A DNA stretch of 64,000 nt. Origin: an uncultured Chloroflexia bacterium (GTDB lineage Bacteria; Chloroflexota; Dehalococcoidia; DSTF01; JACRBR01). The position numbers and the translations under genes were made by a program. The DNA is taken from NCBI GenBank assembly GCA_963736015.1, contig CAVTNG010000007.1, forward strand, positions 171,803 to 235,802, written 5' to 3'. Position 1 is the stretch's first letter, and each line of letters opens with the position of its first letter. The notes below the pieces were generated by a model. The model saw only the letters and a program-made list of their open reading frames with translations, made no database searches and was not told where the DNA came from. This document shows positions 49,852 to 62,167 of this stretch, one piece after another.

Positions 49852-50096
49852 GCTGCGAACACGGGGGTGGGTCGGCCGGCTCCGCTGCCCGGACCTCGCG
49901 CACAGCTCGCGGCCATCCGACTTTATCGTCCAACAGCATCGTCCAACAGCGGCGTGATGCTTTCGGAGTTCTCGCTAATGTGCATTGCAGCATTCATGGT
50001 GCGGTGCAATAATGTCGAGTTCACAGTCAGGCCCAACTTCGAGGGTTTCAAAATAAATATAGTTGTGCATCAATGGCTTGCGAGCCATCGGACGTT

Positions 50097-51749
50097 TTAG
50101 GCGCCACACGATCGGGCTGGTTCGGGCGCGGGCGGGATCTCCTGGAAGACGGGTGGCAACGTGATGCCAAGGGCGCGGCATAGGGGATCGATCGTGGCGC
50201 CTGGGGCGGTTCGCAGCAGCGCGCGGCGGCCATCCTGCTCGACCTCGATTTCGCTGAGCTCGTCGAGATCATCGACGATGTGCTGCCATTCGAGATCGCC
50301 GTGACGGCGCGCGGCGAGGCGGTCGAACAGCTCCTTCCTCAGCAACACTGCAAGGAAGCTGCAGAAGATGTGACCGCGGATGGCCGCATCGGTTTTGTGG
50401 AAGATCGGCCGCGTGGTGAGCAGCGCCTTGGTGGTTTTGAATGTGTCCTCCACCGCCAGCAAGTTCCGATAGCGCAGGACGACCTGCAAGGCCGATAACT
50501 TGGTGTTGGTGCGCAGGACGAACAGCCCGTCGAACTTCGCATCCGCCTCGGCCTTGTCGTAGTCGATCGAGAAGTTGCCGGATCCGATGGTCTTCACGAA
50601 GCGCCGGAAGCCTTTGTTGCTGACCAGCGCCTTGTCGCCATGGGCGAGCTTGCGGTCAAGGCCGGCCAGAATGGCTGCCCGTCGGTCGGCATCCTTCCTG
50701 GCCTCCTCCTCGTTGCGGCAGAGCACATAGCGCCGCCCCTTCAGCGTCGTCTCCTTGATGGCGAGCTGGGTCTCGCCCTTCTGGCGTGGAATGACGAGCG
50801 GCACCGCCACCCCGTCATCCTCGATCACCTCGTTGCGGACCTCCTTGGTGGACCGCTCGCGCACGCCGAGAATGTACGCGAGGCCGGCCTTCTCCAGCGC
50901 CGCAATGGTGGCGGCGCTGATCATGCCGCGGTCGGCGACGATGCACACCTGGGCGATGCCAAAACGCTCGCGCAACCGCTGGACGACCGGCATGAGCCGC
51001 GTCACATCGGCGGTGTTGCCGGGCCACAGGAAGGAGGCGAACGGCCGGTCGTCGCCGTCGAGAACCATGCCGAGCACCACCTGCTTGAGGTGCGGACGAT
51101 AGTCTTTGCTGTGGCCGAACTGGCCCAGCGTCTGTCCGCCGGCACCCTCGAAGTACAGCGATGTCGTATCGAAGAAGGCGATCGACACTTCGCCAAACAG
51201 CTCCTGCCGATGGCGGTAGAGGTCCTCTTCGATGGCATCCGTAGTGGTGCGGCCGTCGGCGACCTCCTCGCCGAGCCAAATCATCGCGCGGTAGGCGTGA
51301 TCGAGCGTCAGCTCTTCAGCGCCGGGAATGCGGAAGCCATGGTGCCATCGGCTGGCATGGCGATCCGAGCCCGAGACCATCAGGCGATGCAATACCGTGA
51401 GATAGATCGCTCGCTCGACGTCGAAGCCGAACCGTCGCCCGACAAGCAGGGCACGGATCACCTCGGCGCAGCCGGTCTCCCGCCACAGCCGACCGAACAC
51501 AAGATCAGGGCCGATGCTGACCCGCCGCAACTCGGCAAGCTCGCCGCGATAGAAGCGCGACAGCACGATCGAGCGCCGCGAATGCCGCGCCGCCGATGCC
51601 ACCAGCGCATCCAGCATCCCGGACGCCTCGACCTCGTCCCGACGTCCCAGCGCTTTGACCACGCGCTGTACGTGCCGTCCGCCCTCGCGGGCGTTCTCGA
51701 CGAGATAGAGATACTCGTAGGCGCCGATCTTCTTGACCCGGACGAACAT
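50097..51749 (-). CDS. IS1634-family (IS4 superfamily) transposase, intact about 550 aa
   Basis: MFVRVKKIGAYEYLYLVENAREGGRHVQRVVKALGRRDE...; DDE region ...VADRGMIS...; ORF track start 51803 includes an upstream extension. Confidence 0.75.
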   Translation of the reverse strand: MFVRVKKIGAYEYLYLVENAREGGRHVQRVVKALGRRDEVEASGMLDALVASAARHSRRSIVLSRFYRGELAELRRVSIGPDLVFGRLWRETGCAEVIRALLVGRRFGFDVERAIYLTVLHRLMVSGSDRHASRWHHGFRIPGAEELTLDHAYRAMIWLGEEVADGRTTTDAIEEDLYRHRQELFGEVSIAFFDTTSLYFEGAGGQTLGQFGHSKDYRPHLKQVVLGMVLDGDDRPFASFLWPGNTADVTRLMPVVQRLRERFGIAQVCIVADRGMISAATIAALEKAGLAYILGVRERSTKEVRNEVIEDDGVAVPLVIPRQKGETQLAIKETTLKGRRYVLCRNEEEARKDADRRAAILAGLDRKLAHGDKALVSNKGFRRFVKTIGSGNFSIDYDKAEADAKFDGLFVLRTNTKLSALQVVLRYRNLLAVEDTFKTTKALLTTRPIFHKTDAAIRGHIFCSFLAVLLRKELFDRLAARRHGDLEWQHIVDDLDELSEIEVEQDGRRALLRTAPGATIDPLCRALGITLPPVFQEIPPAPEPARSCGA

Positions 51750-51963
51750 CGTGGGCACCCTGGCGGTCCCACGAAAGCACCACGAAAAGCGCGATTCGGT
51801 CAAGACAAAGCGCGCCGAACATCTAGATCATTTAGCACCACAAAATCGACCGCGGGCGCAGAAACCCAGCATTTGCAGCGTTTTCCAACACTATCAAACG
51901 TCCAAACCCTCGAAGTTGGGTCAGGGCCGAGACCGGATCCCGCCAGCGCGACAGGAGAGTATT

Positions 51964-52068
51964 ATGACCAAGGGCACCACACGGCCATTGGAAATCCCCA
52001 AGGAAATGCAGGCCGTGACAGAGCAAAGCGTTGAACAAGCCAAGCTGGCGTTCAATAGTTACTTTCAG
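51964..52068 (+). pseudogene. phasin (PHA-granule protein) N-terminal 35 codons, cut by IS66-family copy 2
   Basis: MTKGTTRPLEIPKEMQAVTEQSVEQAKLAFNSYFQ with AGGAGA RBS; ends exactly at the IS66 IR (52070). Confidence 0.4.
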
Positions 52069-53090
52069 GGTAACTGCCCAGGTTGTGGACTTGGTTCAGA
52101 ACAGGCGGAGGGAATTCGCCAGGGATGTCGGATCGCCGGTCAGGGCGTCGATGATGGCCCAGCCTTGCTTCTTGGCGGTTGATAGGAATGAGCGGATGAG
52201 CGCGAAGTCCATGGCGCCTTCGATCGAACGGAACCCGCCGGAGATTTTCTGGCGCAACTTCATCATGCGGCCGTCGCGCTCGGCCTGATTGTTGGTGAAG
52301 GGGACCGCCGGGTCGTGAAGGAAGCGCAGCGTGTCCTGCTTGCGGGCCGCCAGACGCAAGAGAAGATTGTGCCCGGTTCGGCGAGGCGCACGGCCGCGCG
52401 GTTTTCGTCCGCCCGTCACGGATCGCGCGAGGGGCGCCTGGGCCGTATGGAAGGCCAACCCTTCGGCGACGACGGCATCGTAACGTCGCTCGATCAGGCG
52501 ATCAGAGACGGCTTCGGCGGCCCTCCTCGTTCGCGTGCAGATTCGCCGCGTGACAGGCGCGGCGCAGGAGCCGTTGCATTTTGCGCGCCCACTCCTCTTC
52601 TCGATCTCGACGAGCGCCTTCAGCTCGCGCACGTGATGGGCGTTGCACAAGGCGTGCAGCACGCCCGGCATGGTGTAATGGGCTTCCAGTGATCGTGGAC
52701 GACGATGCCGGCGACATTCGCCAAAAGGCTGCCGCGCTTGGTGCAGACGTGATCGAAGGTCAGCTGCGCCGTGCAGGCGACATGCAGCCATCGCGTCTTG
52801 CCGCCGATCCGAAAGCCGGTCTCGTCCATGTGCTTGACCGGCGCCGCGGCGATGTGATCCCGCACCACATTTGCGAAGCCTTGAAAGCGCCGGGCAAAGT
52901 CCCGGCTGATCCGGGCGATGGTCGCGGCCGCCAGCGTCACCCCGAGGAGATCGGCCATCAACTCGACCAGACGCTTCTCGGGCAACAACTGGTAGTGCAA
53001 GAGATAGAGTACAAACGCACCGATCCGCGGGCCGTACTGCACGGGCGCGTTGACGCCTTCCGGAAACGGCGCCCGCGTTTGCGCGCCGAT
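52069..53090 (-). mobile_element. IS66-family (ISBst12-like group) copy 2, degenerate: small indels/frameshifts and 5' truncation at about 53090
   Basis: IR TAACTGCCCAGGTTGTGGAC at 52070; ORFs 52096..52791 and 52620..53285 reproduce the transposase C-terminal two thirds of 46223..47650 with frame breaks. Confidence 0.6.
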
Positions 53091-53285
53091 GCCCTTCTCG
53101 CCAACCAGCAGGACGAAGGCTGTTGCCTCGGCGATTTCCCGGGCAAGCTCAGGCAGCCATAAGCCCCCGACCCTCTTCGGGGCAAAGAACACTTTCGCCT
53201 CCAGGCGCGGGCGCGACCGATTCCAACGGCCGCTGTTGGCAGCACGGACGATAAACACTGCAAGCAAACGCAGGATCGCGAGCAT
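53091..53285 (-). pseudogene. N-terminal about 65 codons of an unknown gene joined to the truncated IS66 copy
   Basis: MLAILRLLAVFIVRAANSGRWNRSRPRLEAKVFFAPKRVGGLWLPELAREIAEATAFVLLVGEKG then abrupt switch to transposase sequence. Confidence 0.25.
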
Positions 53286-53564
53286 CGAATGCGATGATGC
53301 GCTGATTCTGCCTCACCGCGCGAATCCGGCCGAGGAACTCGGGAGCCACACCTCCAAATATTCCGCCCAGATCAGACCTTCGGCACTCCCCTGATGGGGC
53401 TATGTCTCTTGTTCGGGGTAGGCGTATATTGGTACTGGGCTAACTACGTTGCCAAATAGTTTCTCGAAGAATAATTTGCCACGAGCCGGCCCCGCTGCGC
53501 CCTGCTCGCGCCGACCGCGGATGTACCGGCGGCCGGGCGGTCACCACAAAAATCGAAGCCTTAT

Positions 53565-53909
53565 TCAGCTTTCGAGCGCTTCTTGTTCCCGAAGTGCAAT
53601 TCGAGCCGCAGCGAGGCCAATCTCTGCGCGCCACTTTAGCTCTAATTCGCCATCGTTCTCAGCATCCTGTTTGACATCCTCAAACATGCGCTCAAGCATC
53701 GGCAACGTAGCAGGATGCAAAACCGCAAATAATTCCGCGACAAAGACGGTCAACAGATTATCGGAGGCACAATCCTTGGGTCCGGCGCTCGACCGTACCG
53801 GCTCATGGAGCGGTGTGAATACTGGTCCCACGATCTCCTTGCCGACGCTCTCCTGATCGTAAATCAGCATGTCGGCCCTCCTCGTCACGTTTGGTCGATC
53901 GTGGCCCAT
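53565..53909 (-). CDS. hypothetical protein in a lower-GC patch
   Basis: 114-aa ORF; local GC visibly lower than surroundings (53560-54060). Confidence 0.3.
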   Translation of the reverse strand: MGHDRPNVTRRADMLIYDQESVGKEIVGPVFTPLHEPVRSSAGPKDCASDNLLTVFVAELFAVLHPATLPMLERMFEDVKQDAENDGELELKWRAEIGLAAARIALREQEALES

Positions 53910-54712
53910 TATTTTCCCTGATCAGCGCAAGGAAAATCCTACTCATGTCTGCCGGAACACATTCTGAAGTACGTATGAACTAATTCACTCTTGCGTTTTT
54001 TTGCTCAGGGCGCTTCCCCGGCACTGGTCCGTCCGCGATGCCTCTGCTCGAGCCTCCGATGAGCTTGTATCTCAAGTTGGCGGAAACGCCTGATACATCT
54101 TTTTTGGATTGACCTGACGTCTCCGCCCGGTAGCGGGTCCAACCGCGACCTCAAGAACGCGATCAACCGCCGAAGCGATCGCGCTTGTGTGGGTCATTTC
54201 GGGAACCTGTACGACAATTACTGCCGTGATCGGGGGCCACGGTGAGGCTCGGATATATCGCAGCGATGACGGCCGGCGGAGCTATGGCCAGGCCGGGGAC
54301 CGCGAAAAGCGAGATCTCGGTCGAATGTGGAATGAAGGCCGCTACGGCGCCGCCGTAGATGGCGCCGCCAACCGTGCCGGAACGGCCGGAACCGCACCTC
54401 AACCTCCGCCTCGCGGGCGAGCGGGGCGATCCCCATCACTGCCGGAATAGGACGAGGCAAATTCGAACCAGAAATCAAGACGGGGTCGATGCATCTCGGT
54501 GGTCCTTGGCTCGCGCTCGGCGGCCTCCCTTTTAGTGAGCTCATAAATGGGCGCCGAGGCGTATTCCCACTCCGCCCCCCGGGTGCAGAAATCCGCAGCC
54601 GACCGGCGATAGGCCCAGCCGTGCGAGACCTGCGCCATGTCCACGGCCTCGTGCAGCGCGGCGCAATCGGCGGCCAGTCGGTGCGCGAGGGCGAACCCGA
54701 CACCCTGCTAAG

Positions 54713-54740
54713 AAAAAGCCCGGGCTCGGGCCCGGGCCTT
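54713..54740 (-). terminator. rho-independent terminator of groEL (GCCCGGGC tcgg GCCCGGGC followed by a T-run on the minus strand)
   Basis: hairpin plus AAAAA on the plus strand about 50 nt after the groEL stop. Confidence 0.5.
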
Positions 54741-54788
54741 CCGTTAGTGGCTCCGCTTCTCCAAGCCCGGAGAGCGTAAGTTCGCGAC

Positions 54789-56426
<1,638 letters not shown>

Positions 56427-56562
56427 TTACTCCCTTGTCACCTCATCCAAGGAGGCGCTCAGGGCCCTCTCAAAGAATGAGGTCGATGAGGTTCGTGATT
56501 TTCCTGGGTCTCGTTTGCGAGATGCGCCTGCGGGGCGCTCGTAAGAACGGGGAGTGTTGGGG

Positions 56563-56877
56563 TTAGGCGGCCTTCTTCTTCGCCTCCGTGTCGGTCAGCA
56601 CGCCCATGATGTCGCTTTCCTTCATGATCAGGTACTCGACGCCATCGAGCTTGACCTCGGTGCCCGACCACTTGCCGAACAGAACCCGATCGCCGACCTG
56701 GACATCGAGCGGGATGAGCTTCCCAGTCTCGTCGCGCCCGCCGGGCCCGACGGCGATAACCTCGCCCTGCTGCGGCTTCTCCTTGGCGGTGTCCGGAATG
56801 ATGATGCCGCCGGCGCTCTTTTCCTCGGCTTCGATGCGCTTGACGACGACACGGTCGTGAAGCGGACGGAACTTCAT
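56563..56877 (-). CDS. groES: co-chaperonin GroES
   Basis: [46 protein letters not shown]. Confidence 0.95.
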   Translation of the reverse strand: MKFRPLHDRVVVKRIEAEEKSAGGIIIPDTAKEKPQQGEVIAVGPGGRDETGKLIPLDVQVGDRVLFGKWSGTEVKLDGVEYLIMKESDIMGVLTDTEAKKKAA

Positions 56878-57003
56878 GCTGTCCTCCTGGATGTAAAGAA
56901 AGAAAGGTTGCGTGCTTCATTCCGATGGCGATCGCGGACCCGGCCGGTCCGCTCGGCTGCAATAGAGGAAGCGAATGCCGTTCAAGAGGAGCCTCGAAGA
57001 AAT

Positions 57004-57030
57004 TTGGCACTCCCCTCGATCGACTGCCAA
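57004..57030. promoter_or_regulatory. CIRCE-like HrcA operator, distal copy (TTGGCACTC-N9-GACTGCCAA)
   Basis: 9-N9-9 inverted repeat upstream of groES. Confidence 0.4.
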
Positions 57031-57036
57031 GCCCCA

Positions 57037-57063
57037 TTAGCACTATTCGGCCGAGAGTGCCAA
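57037..57063. promoter_or_regulatory. CIRCE HrcA operator (TTAGCACTA-N9-GAGTGCCAA), near-consensus
   Basis: matches TTAGCACTC-N9-GAGTGCTAA at 16/18 positions; about 160 nt upstream of the groES start. Confidence 0.6.
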
Positions 57064-57263
57064 GAGGGATGCGCGTGCGCCGCGACGCGCTCCTGATTGT
57101 GGCGTAACCGCAAACATGCCTGCGAACCAAGCTCCCGGATGGAGGCGTTGTTAGCACCGCCGGCCGTATGCTGCTAAAACATTGAAAATAAACATTTTGT
57201 TTATCCTTTCCGCTTGCAATGACCAGCTCAAAGGCGAACATTATTGCGCGCAAGGAGGGCAGG

Positions 57264-57533
57264 ATGGCCTCTCAGGATTTTTGCCGGCAGCTCAGCGGCT
57301 ACGGTCTGACCACAGCCCACATTTTCTATCGCCGTCCGGATCATCCGTGGCTGCTGCAAAGCTATGTCTGGCAGGAATACGATCTTTGCCCGCATTTTCC
57401 CGTGCTGAACCGCTTTCTTGGTTTCTGGCGCGAGCAGCTCGAAGCCCCGCTGCATTCTGTGACCGTTGCCCATTCGCGGCTAATCAAACCGGCGGAGATC
57501 AAGGCAATCGACGGGATATTCCAAGTGCATTGA
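57264..57533 (+). CDS. usg: Usg-family protein
   Basis: MASQDFCRQLSGYGLTTAHIFYRRPDHPWLLQSYVWQEYDLCPHFPVLNRFLGFWREQLEAPLHSVTVAHSRLIKPAEIKAIDG; AAGGAGG RBS. Confidence 0.7.
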   Translation: MASQDFCRQLSGYGLTTAHIFYRRPDHPWLLQSYVWQEYDLCPHFPVLNRFLGFWREQLEAPLHSVTVAHSRLIKPAEIKAIDGIFQVH

Positions 57534-57941
57534 ATCCCGTGCGAGTCTGAACCGCGCGCAAAATGACCGCTTTGCGTCACTGGATGAGCCCCGATCATTC
57601 CCCTCGACCTCGTGTTCCCCGGCGACGACAAGAATCGACTCAGACGCACTTTTCCAAGCGTACGCCATCGTAAACGAGGTGCTCTCAGGAAAAGAACGTT
57701 CGACCATTCACTCGATAGATTAGAAAAATAGGCCACCCGTCGGCCTTCCTGGTCATCTAGTGCGGCAATCAGGCGTCGAATGCCTCGGCCTCGTCGGACA
57801 TTTCCGCCCCAATGTCCCTCGCCAACCCGTGCTCGCTCGGCGTTCCGGCCGTCTCCTCGACCGCCCTACTTGGATAGCCGCCCTGAGTGTCGCCCTCCGG
57901 GCCCGCTTGGCTGCACGAGATAAAGCACGACGGCTACCGCC

Positions 57942-58316
57942 TCATGACGCGCCTGGAAAGGGCCGACGGTGCGGACGCGGCGGAACACTCAGCGTGAGAA
58001 AGTTCCGGCTGCCGGGGCGGCCGGGCATGGACCTTGCGACGGCTCGGTCTAAGCAGGCGCCGATTTCGGCTCGGTGTTTTGCGGCTGCACCGCCGCTGTG
58101 CGCGCGGGTGCCGCTGGCTTCTTGGGAGCCTTGGCTGTCCGCAAGCGTTGCGACTTTTGCGCCGGCATAAGCCGACATGACAATCACGGCCGCCACCTCT
58201 CGCGAAACCAAGGCCCAGCGGTCATATGCGATCCTCTGATCGTTCGTGGCCTGTCGCGACGTCCAGTAGCTTGCCGCATTCACTGCCATTGCAACGTTGG
58301 CGTAGGAGTAACTCAT
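57942..58316 (-). CDS. hypothetical protein (weak call), divergent from ku
   Basis: 124-aa ORF starting MSYSYANVAMAVNAASYW; no recognisable motif. Confidence 0.2.
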   Translation of the reverse strand: MSYSYANVAMAVNAASYWTSRQATNDQRIAYDRWALVSREVAAVIVMSAYAGAKVATLADSQGSQEASGTRAHSGGAAAKHRAEIGACLDRAVARSMPGRPGSRNFLTLSVPPRPHRRPFPGAS

Positions 58317-59186
58317 GGCACCGCGTGCAAACTGGAAGGGATACCTTCAACTCTCCCTCGTGTCCTGTCCGATTGCGCTGTATCCGGCGACCTCGGATCG
58401 TGAAAAGGTCTCCTTCCACCAGATCAACAAGCAAACCGGCAACCGCGTCCGCATGCAGCGGGTGGACGAAGCCACGCACGAGCCGGTGGACTTCGCAAAC
58501 ATCGTCAAAGGCTATGAGGTAGCCAAGGGCAGTTATCTCGAAGTGACCGATGAGGAGCTTGAGGCGATTGCGGTCGAGAGCAAGCGAACCATCGACATCG
58601 ACGAGTTCGTGCCGAAGGAGGAGATCGACCAGCTCTACAATGTTCGCCCATACTACATCGCGCCGGACGGCAACTCGGGAACCGACGCCTTCGTCGTTTC
58701 CGCGACACCATCAGGGACATGGGCAAGGTGGCGCTTGGCCGCGTCGTGCTCACCAACCGGGAGCACGTCATTGCGTTGGAGCCCCGCGACAAGGGTATCA
58801 TGGGAACGCTGCTGCGGTATCCGTACGAGGTGCGCGACGCGACGGAGTATTTCGCGGAAATTCCGGACCTGAAGCTGCCCAAGGACATGATGGACATCGC
58901 CCGGCATATCGTCGAGCAGAAGTCGGGTCATTTCCGGCCGGACAAATTCGAGGACCACTACGAGACAGCGCTCAAGGAGCTGCTTCGCAGGAAGCAGGCA
59001 GCCGGCGAGACGATCGTGCCGGCTGAAGCACCGCGACCGGCCAAGGTGGTCAACTTGATGGACGCGCTCAAGCGGAGCCTCGACGCCCAACGCAAAGAAC
59101 AGCCGTCGGTCGCTCCGCGCCGGTCCGCGAGCAGCACCAAGAAACCGCGCGCGCGGGCTTCACACAGCCGCCGGAAGGCGGGGTGA
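58315..59186 (+). CDS. ku: non-homologous end-joining protein Ku, one frameshift about 58700
   Basis: MAPRANWKGYLQLSLVSCPIALYPATSDREKVSFHQINKQTGNRV...; second segment ...KVALGRVVLTNREHVIALEPRDKGIMGTLLRYPYEVRD... Confidence 0.7.
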
Positions 59187-60356
59187 GCGCTCTGGGGCAT
59201 CGCCCAAATCAGCTAGGGTCTCGCAAACGCGAGGTCCTGGAGCTGGCTGAGACTGCCGACGCATCCACGAGTTCTGCACCTCCCAGCATCTCGCGCGCAC
59301 ATTTTTACGTCATGCAGAGGGAAGGCTGGGGAACGCGACCGATGTATCTTGGCGCCAGCGTAAGAATCTCACCGGAAGCGCGTCGAGATTGGCGGCGCGA
59401 GCATGAGTTGTGCGGCTGCCGGAATTCGGCGTGGCAAGAACTGAGAAAGCTGTGCCCCGCTCTGATTATGTTACTGGAGCCGTTAATCCTCACGGGCTCC
59501 GGGTTTCGCACCGCGTCGTAGGGCAGAATGAATTCGCCGAGCTGTTGGGAAATAGCTTAGGGGTGTGCTTATAATGCGCCCGACACTCGAGGAAGGATTG
59601 GGGGCTGCGGTTATCCGTAAGTACAAGGCTGAGCTGTCGAAGATCCAGGAATTAGCCAGCCGGGAAGACCCTGACGCGCTTTTTCATCTTGGATTGATGC
59701 ACTACGAAGGTTGGGGGATTCCTCAGAATTACGCCGGAAGCGAAAGCGCCCCGTGACTAACGGAAAAAGCTTCGTGATGAGCAGTCGAAACAGAGAGAGC
59801 AACCAGGCGGCGACCCCAAAGAGCGCCAAGATGGCCAGAAGGTCGTCGGTTGGCATATTTGCCTCCCGTTAGCTTGATTAGTCCCCTCACCCTCGCGCGC
59901 TTTCGCCGCTCGCTGCGTCTTAGTTCGCGTTCGCTGCTTCTCGCACGAAGTCTATTCGATTTTCTCTTACCTCCGGACACTGACTATGCGGGCGCGCTCG
60001 GGGAACCGCGCGATCATGTCCTCTGCCGAGAGAGTCCCGCCCTCTGGATCATATCAAAACGACCGAGCGATGCATCAACGAGCTGGGGGCGCTAGTAGCG
60101 AATTTCAAAAGATGTTGTCCGCACGTGACATCGGCCTCTATTCGAATGGCCGATCATGGCCGCGATGGTCGGCTCAGTATATCCGAAATCTGAGGCCACT
60201 GACGCATATGCATGACGAAGCCCGTGAGGTGTCAGAGATAAATTGGTGACCGCGGGCCCGCATCGGCACGAGACGAATGGTAAGCTCGGGCTGCCGTGCG
60301 ACCCACGCTGAAGTGCGTCATGAGGTCCGCTCTAGGTCGAGCTGTCGGCTCAGCGG

Positions 60357-60965
60357 CTAGGATGCGCTCGGCGCCTTGCTTGAAAATGCCCCCGCCGGCC
60401 TTAACAGGCGGGAGTGGAAATCGACATAAGCGGCGGCGAAGCTCTGACTGTCGACCACCAGTTCCCGCATGACCGACAGCGGCGTCGGATGCGGGTTTTC
60501 CATCTTGCCGATCACGGTGCCGAAATCGAAGGTGAGTTCGGCGTCGAACTTGCGGGCGAGCTGCTGCATGCGGTGGTTTCCCGCGAGGCAGTATGCGTGC
60601 AGGAGCTGGACGCCGCGATTGCGCGCGGCGAGCAAGCTGCGTTCGAGCAGCGCCGAGCCGACACCGTGGCTTTGCCACGGCTTCTCGATGCTGAAGGCGG
60701 CCTCCGCCTCGCGCCGATAGAGCGGCCCGAGAATGCGCAGATCGGCGGCGCCGCGGAGCACCCCGTCCACGAAGAAGCCGTGCACGATCACATCGCTGCC
60801 GCGCGCGGTTGCGGCGTAGGTGCGAACCATGTCGTCGGCGATCGCGCCACTGAAACGACTACGGCGGCTTTCAGCATCCAGCCGGAGCAGATGGTCGCGA
60901 TAGGCGTCCGTCTCGATGCTCCAGAGCTTCCGGATCACGCCGTCTTCGATAAAGACTTGCTGCAT
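60357..60965 (-). CDS. GNAT family N-acetyltransferase
   Basis: 202 aa; ...QSHGVGSALLERSLLAARNRGVQLLHAYCLAGNHRMQQLARKFD. Confidence 0.6.
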   Translation of the reverse strand: MQQVFIEDGVIRKLWSIETDAYRDHLLRLDAESRRSRFSGAIADDMVRTYAATARGSDVIVHGFFVDGVLRGAADLRILGPLYRREAEAAFSIEKPWQSHGVGSALLERSLLAARNRGVQLLHAYCLAGNHRMQQLARKFDAELTFDFGTVIGKMENPHPTPLSVMRELVVDSQSFAAAYVDFHSRLLRPAGAFSSKAPSAS

Positions 60966-61298
60966 CGGGGGTCTCCGCTGCGTTCTTCTGCGTTTGCGGT
61001 TTCCCTCGTCGAGCGCATCCTCCTCACCGGACGCTGTTCATCCGGTTTTCCGTTCGTGCATGTAGGCCATAGTTCGCAGAAGACAAGCGCGGCAGTTGCT
61101 GCCTTTTTGAGCACGCGTTTAACTTTCTGTAAAAGCAATTGCAATTTGGTATTCGAAGTATTGGATGAGCGAAAAAAGGCAGGTGCGGCTCTGCGATCCA
61201 ACCCGAACACGGACGCGCGTCATTCTTTTGTCGCTGAGTAAGCCTATCACACGCGCTGACTCGATCAGACGTGAGACGATCGACTGAGGAGGCGGACA

Positions 61299-61877
61299 AT
61301 GTTAAATCCACACACAGAAAACGCCAGCCAGGCCGTGCAAGAGACGGCGCGTGAGGGCGCCGAACAGGCCAGCCGGATTGCGGAAATATCCACGGATATT
61401 AGCGAGCGGGCGGCGCGCGCCGGGACGGAAATGCTCCAACGCAATGCAGAGACCATTCAGGAAGCGGTACAATCGAGCGCCGAGATTGCGGCGCGCCTTA
61501 CGGAGTGTTCGGCGGATCAGTTCGGCCGTGTATTCGGCATTTCGGGCGATGAGGCGTACAAGGCTGCGCAGAAATCGTCCGACAATCTCAATGCGATCAT
61601 CCAGTCGACCTCCGTGCTCGCCGTGGTGACTCAGAGCATCTCGCGAGAATGGGTGAATTTCACCCGCGAACGCATGGAGCAGAATTTCAATCGGTTCGAG
61701 AGCCTGTTGCGTTGCCGCACCCCGCAGGACCTCGCAGCGGTGCAGAGCGAAGTCCTGCGTGACAATCTGGAGAGCTTCCTTCAGTGCACCCGCCAAATCG
61801 CGGAAACGTCGTTGCTGATGGCCGACGAAGCGACGAAGCGGACGGCCGAATCGGTAGAGCGCCCCCAGGCGGCCTAA
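61299..61877 (+). CDS. phaP: phasin family protein (PHA granule-associated)
   Basis: 192 aa, alanine/glutamine-rich amphipathic helices, phasin_2-like; GAGGAGG RBS. Confidence 0.7.
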   Translation: MLNPHTENASQAVQETAREGAEQASRIAEISTDISERAARAGTEMLQRNAETIQEAVQSSAEIAARLTECSADQFGRVFGISGDEAYKAAQKSSDNLNAIIQSTSVLAVVTQSISREWVNFTRERMEQNFNRFESLLRCRTPQDLAAVQSEVLRDNLESFLQCTRQIAETSLLMADEATKRTAESVERPQAA

Positions 61878-62167
61878 GCTCGATTTCTGCAAGAAACAGT
61901 GCAACCCGACAGCCGCTCGCGATTTTGCGGGCGGCTTCCGCCCTCAGTGACCCGCGCCCGGAGCGCTTCTGTGTCCGTTCCGGCGTGCCGCATCACAATG
62001 ATGTCTTCCGGGCTGGCCTTGCCGCTCGCAAGCAAGGCGCGCGCTGCGGAGAGCAACGGTGTCTCAGACACGCACAGCACCGCATCGCTCCCAGCGAGAC
62101 GGGCATCAAACGCGTTCGGGTTTGGTGCCGTCCGTCCGAAGGTGCGGCGAGACGACCACTTGCAAGA

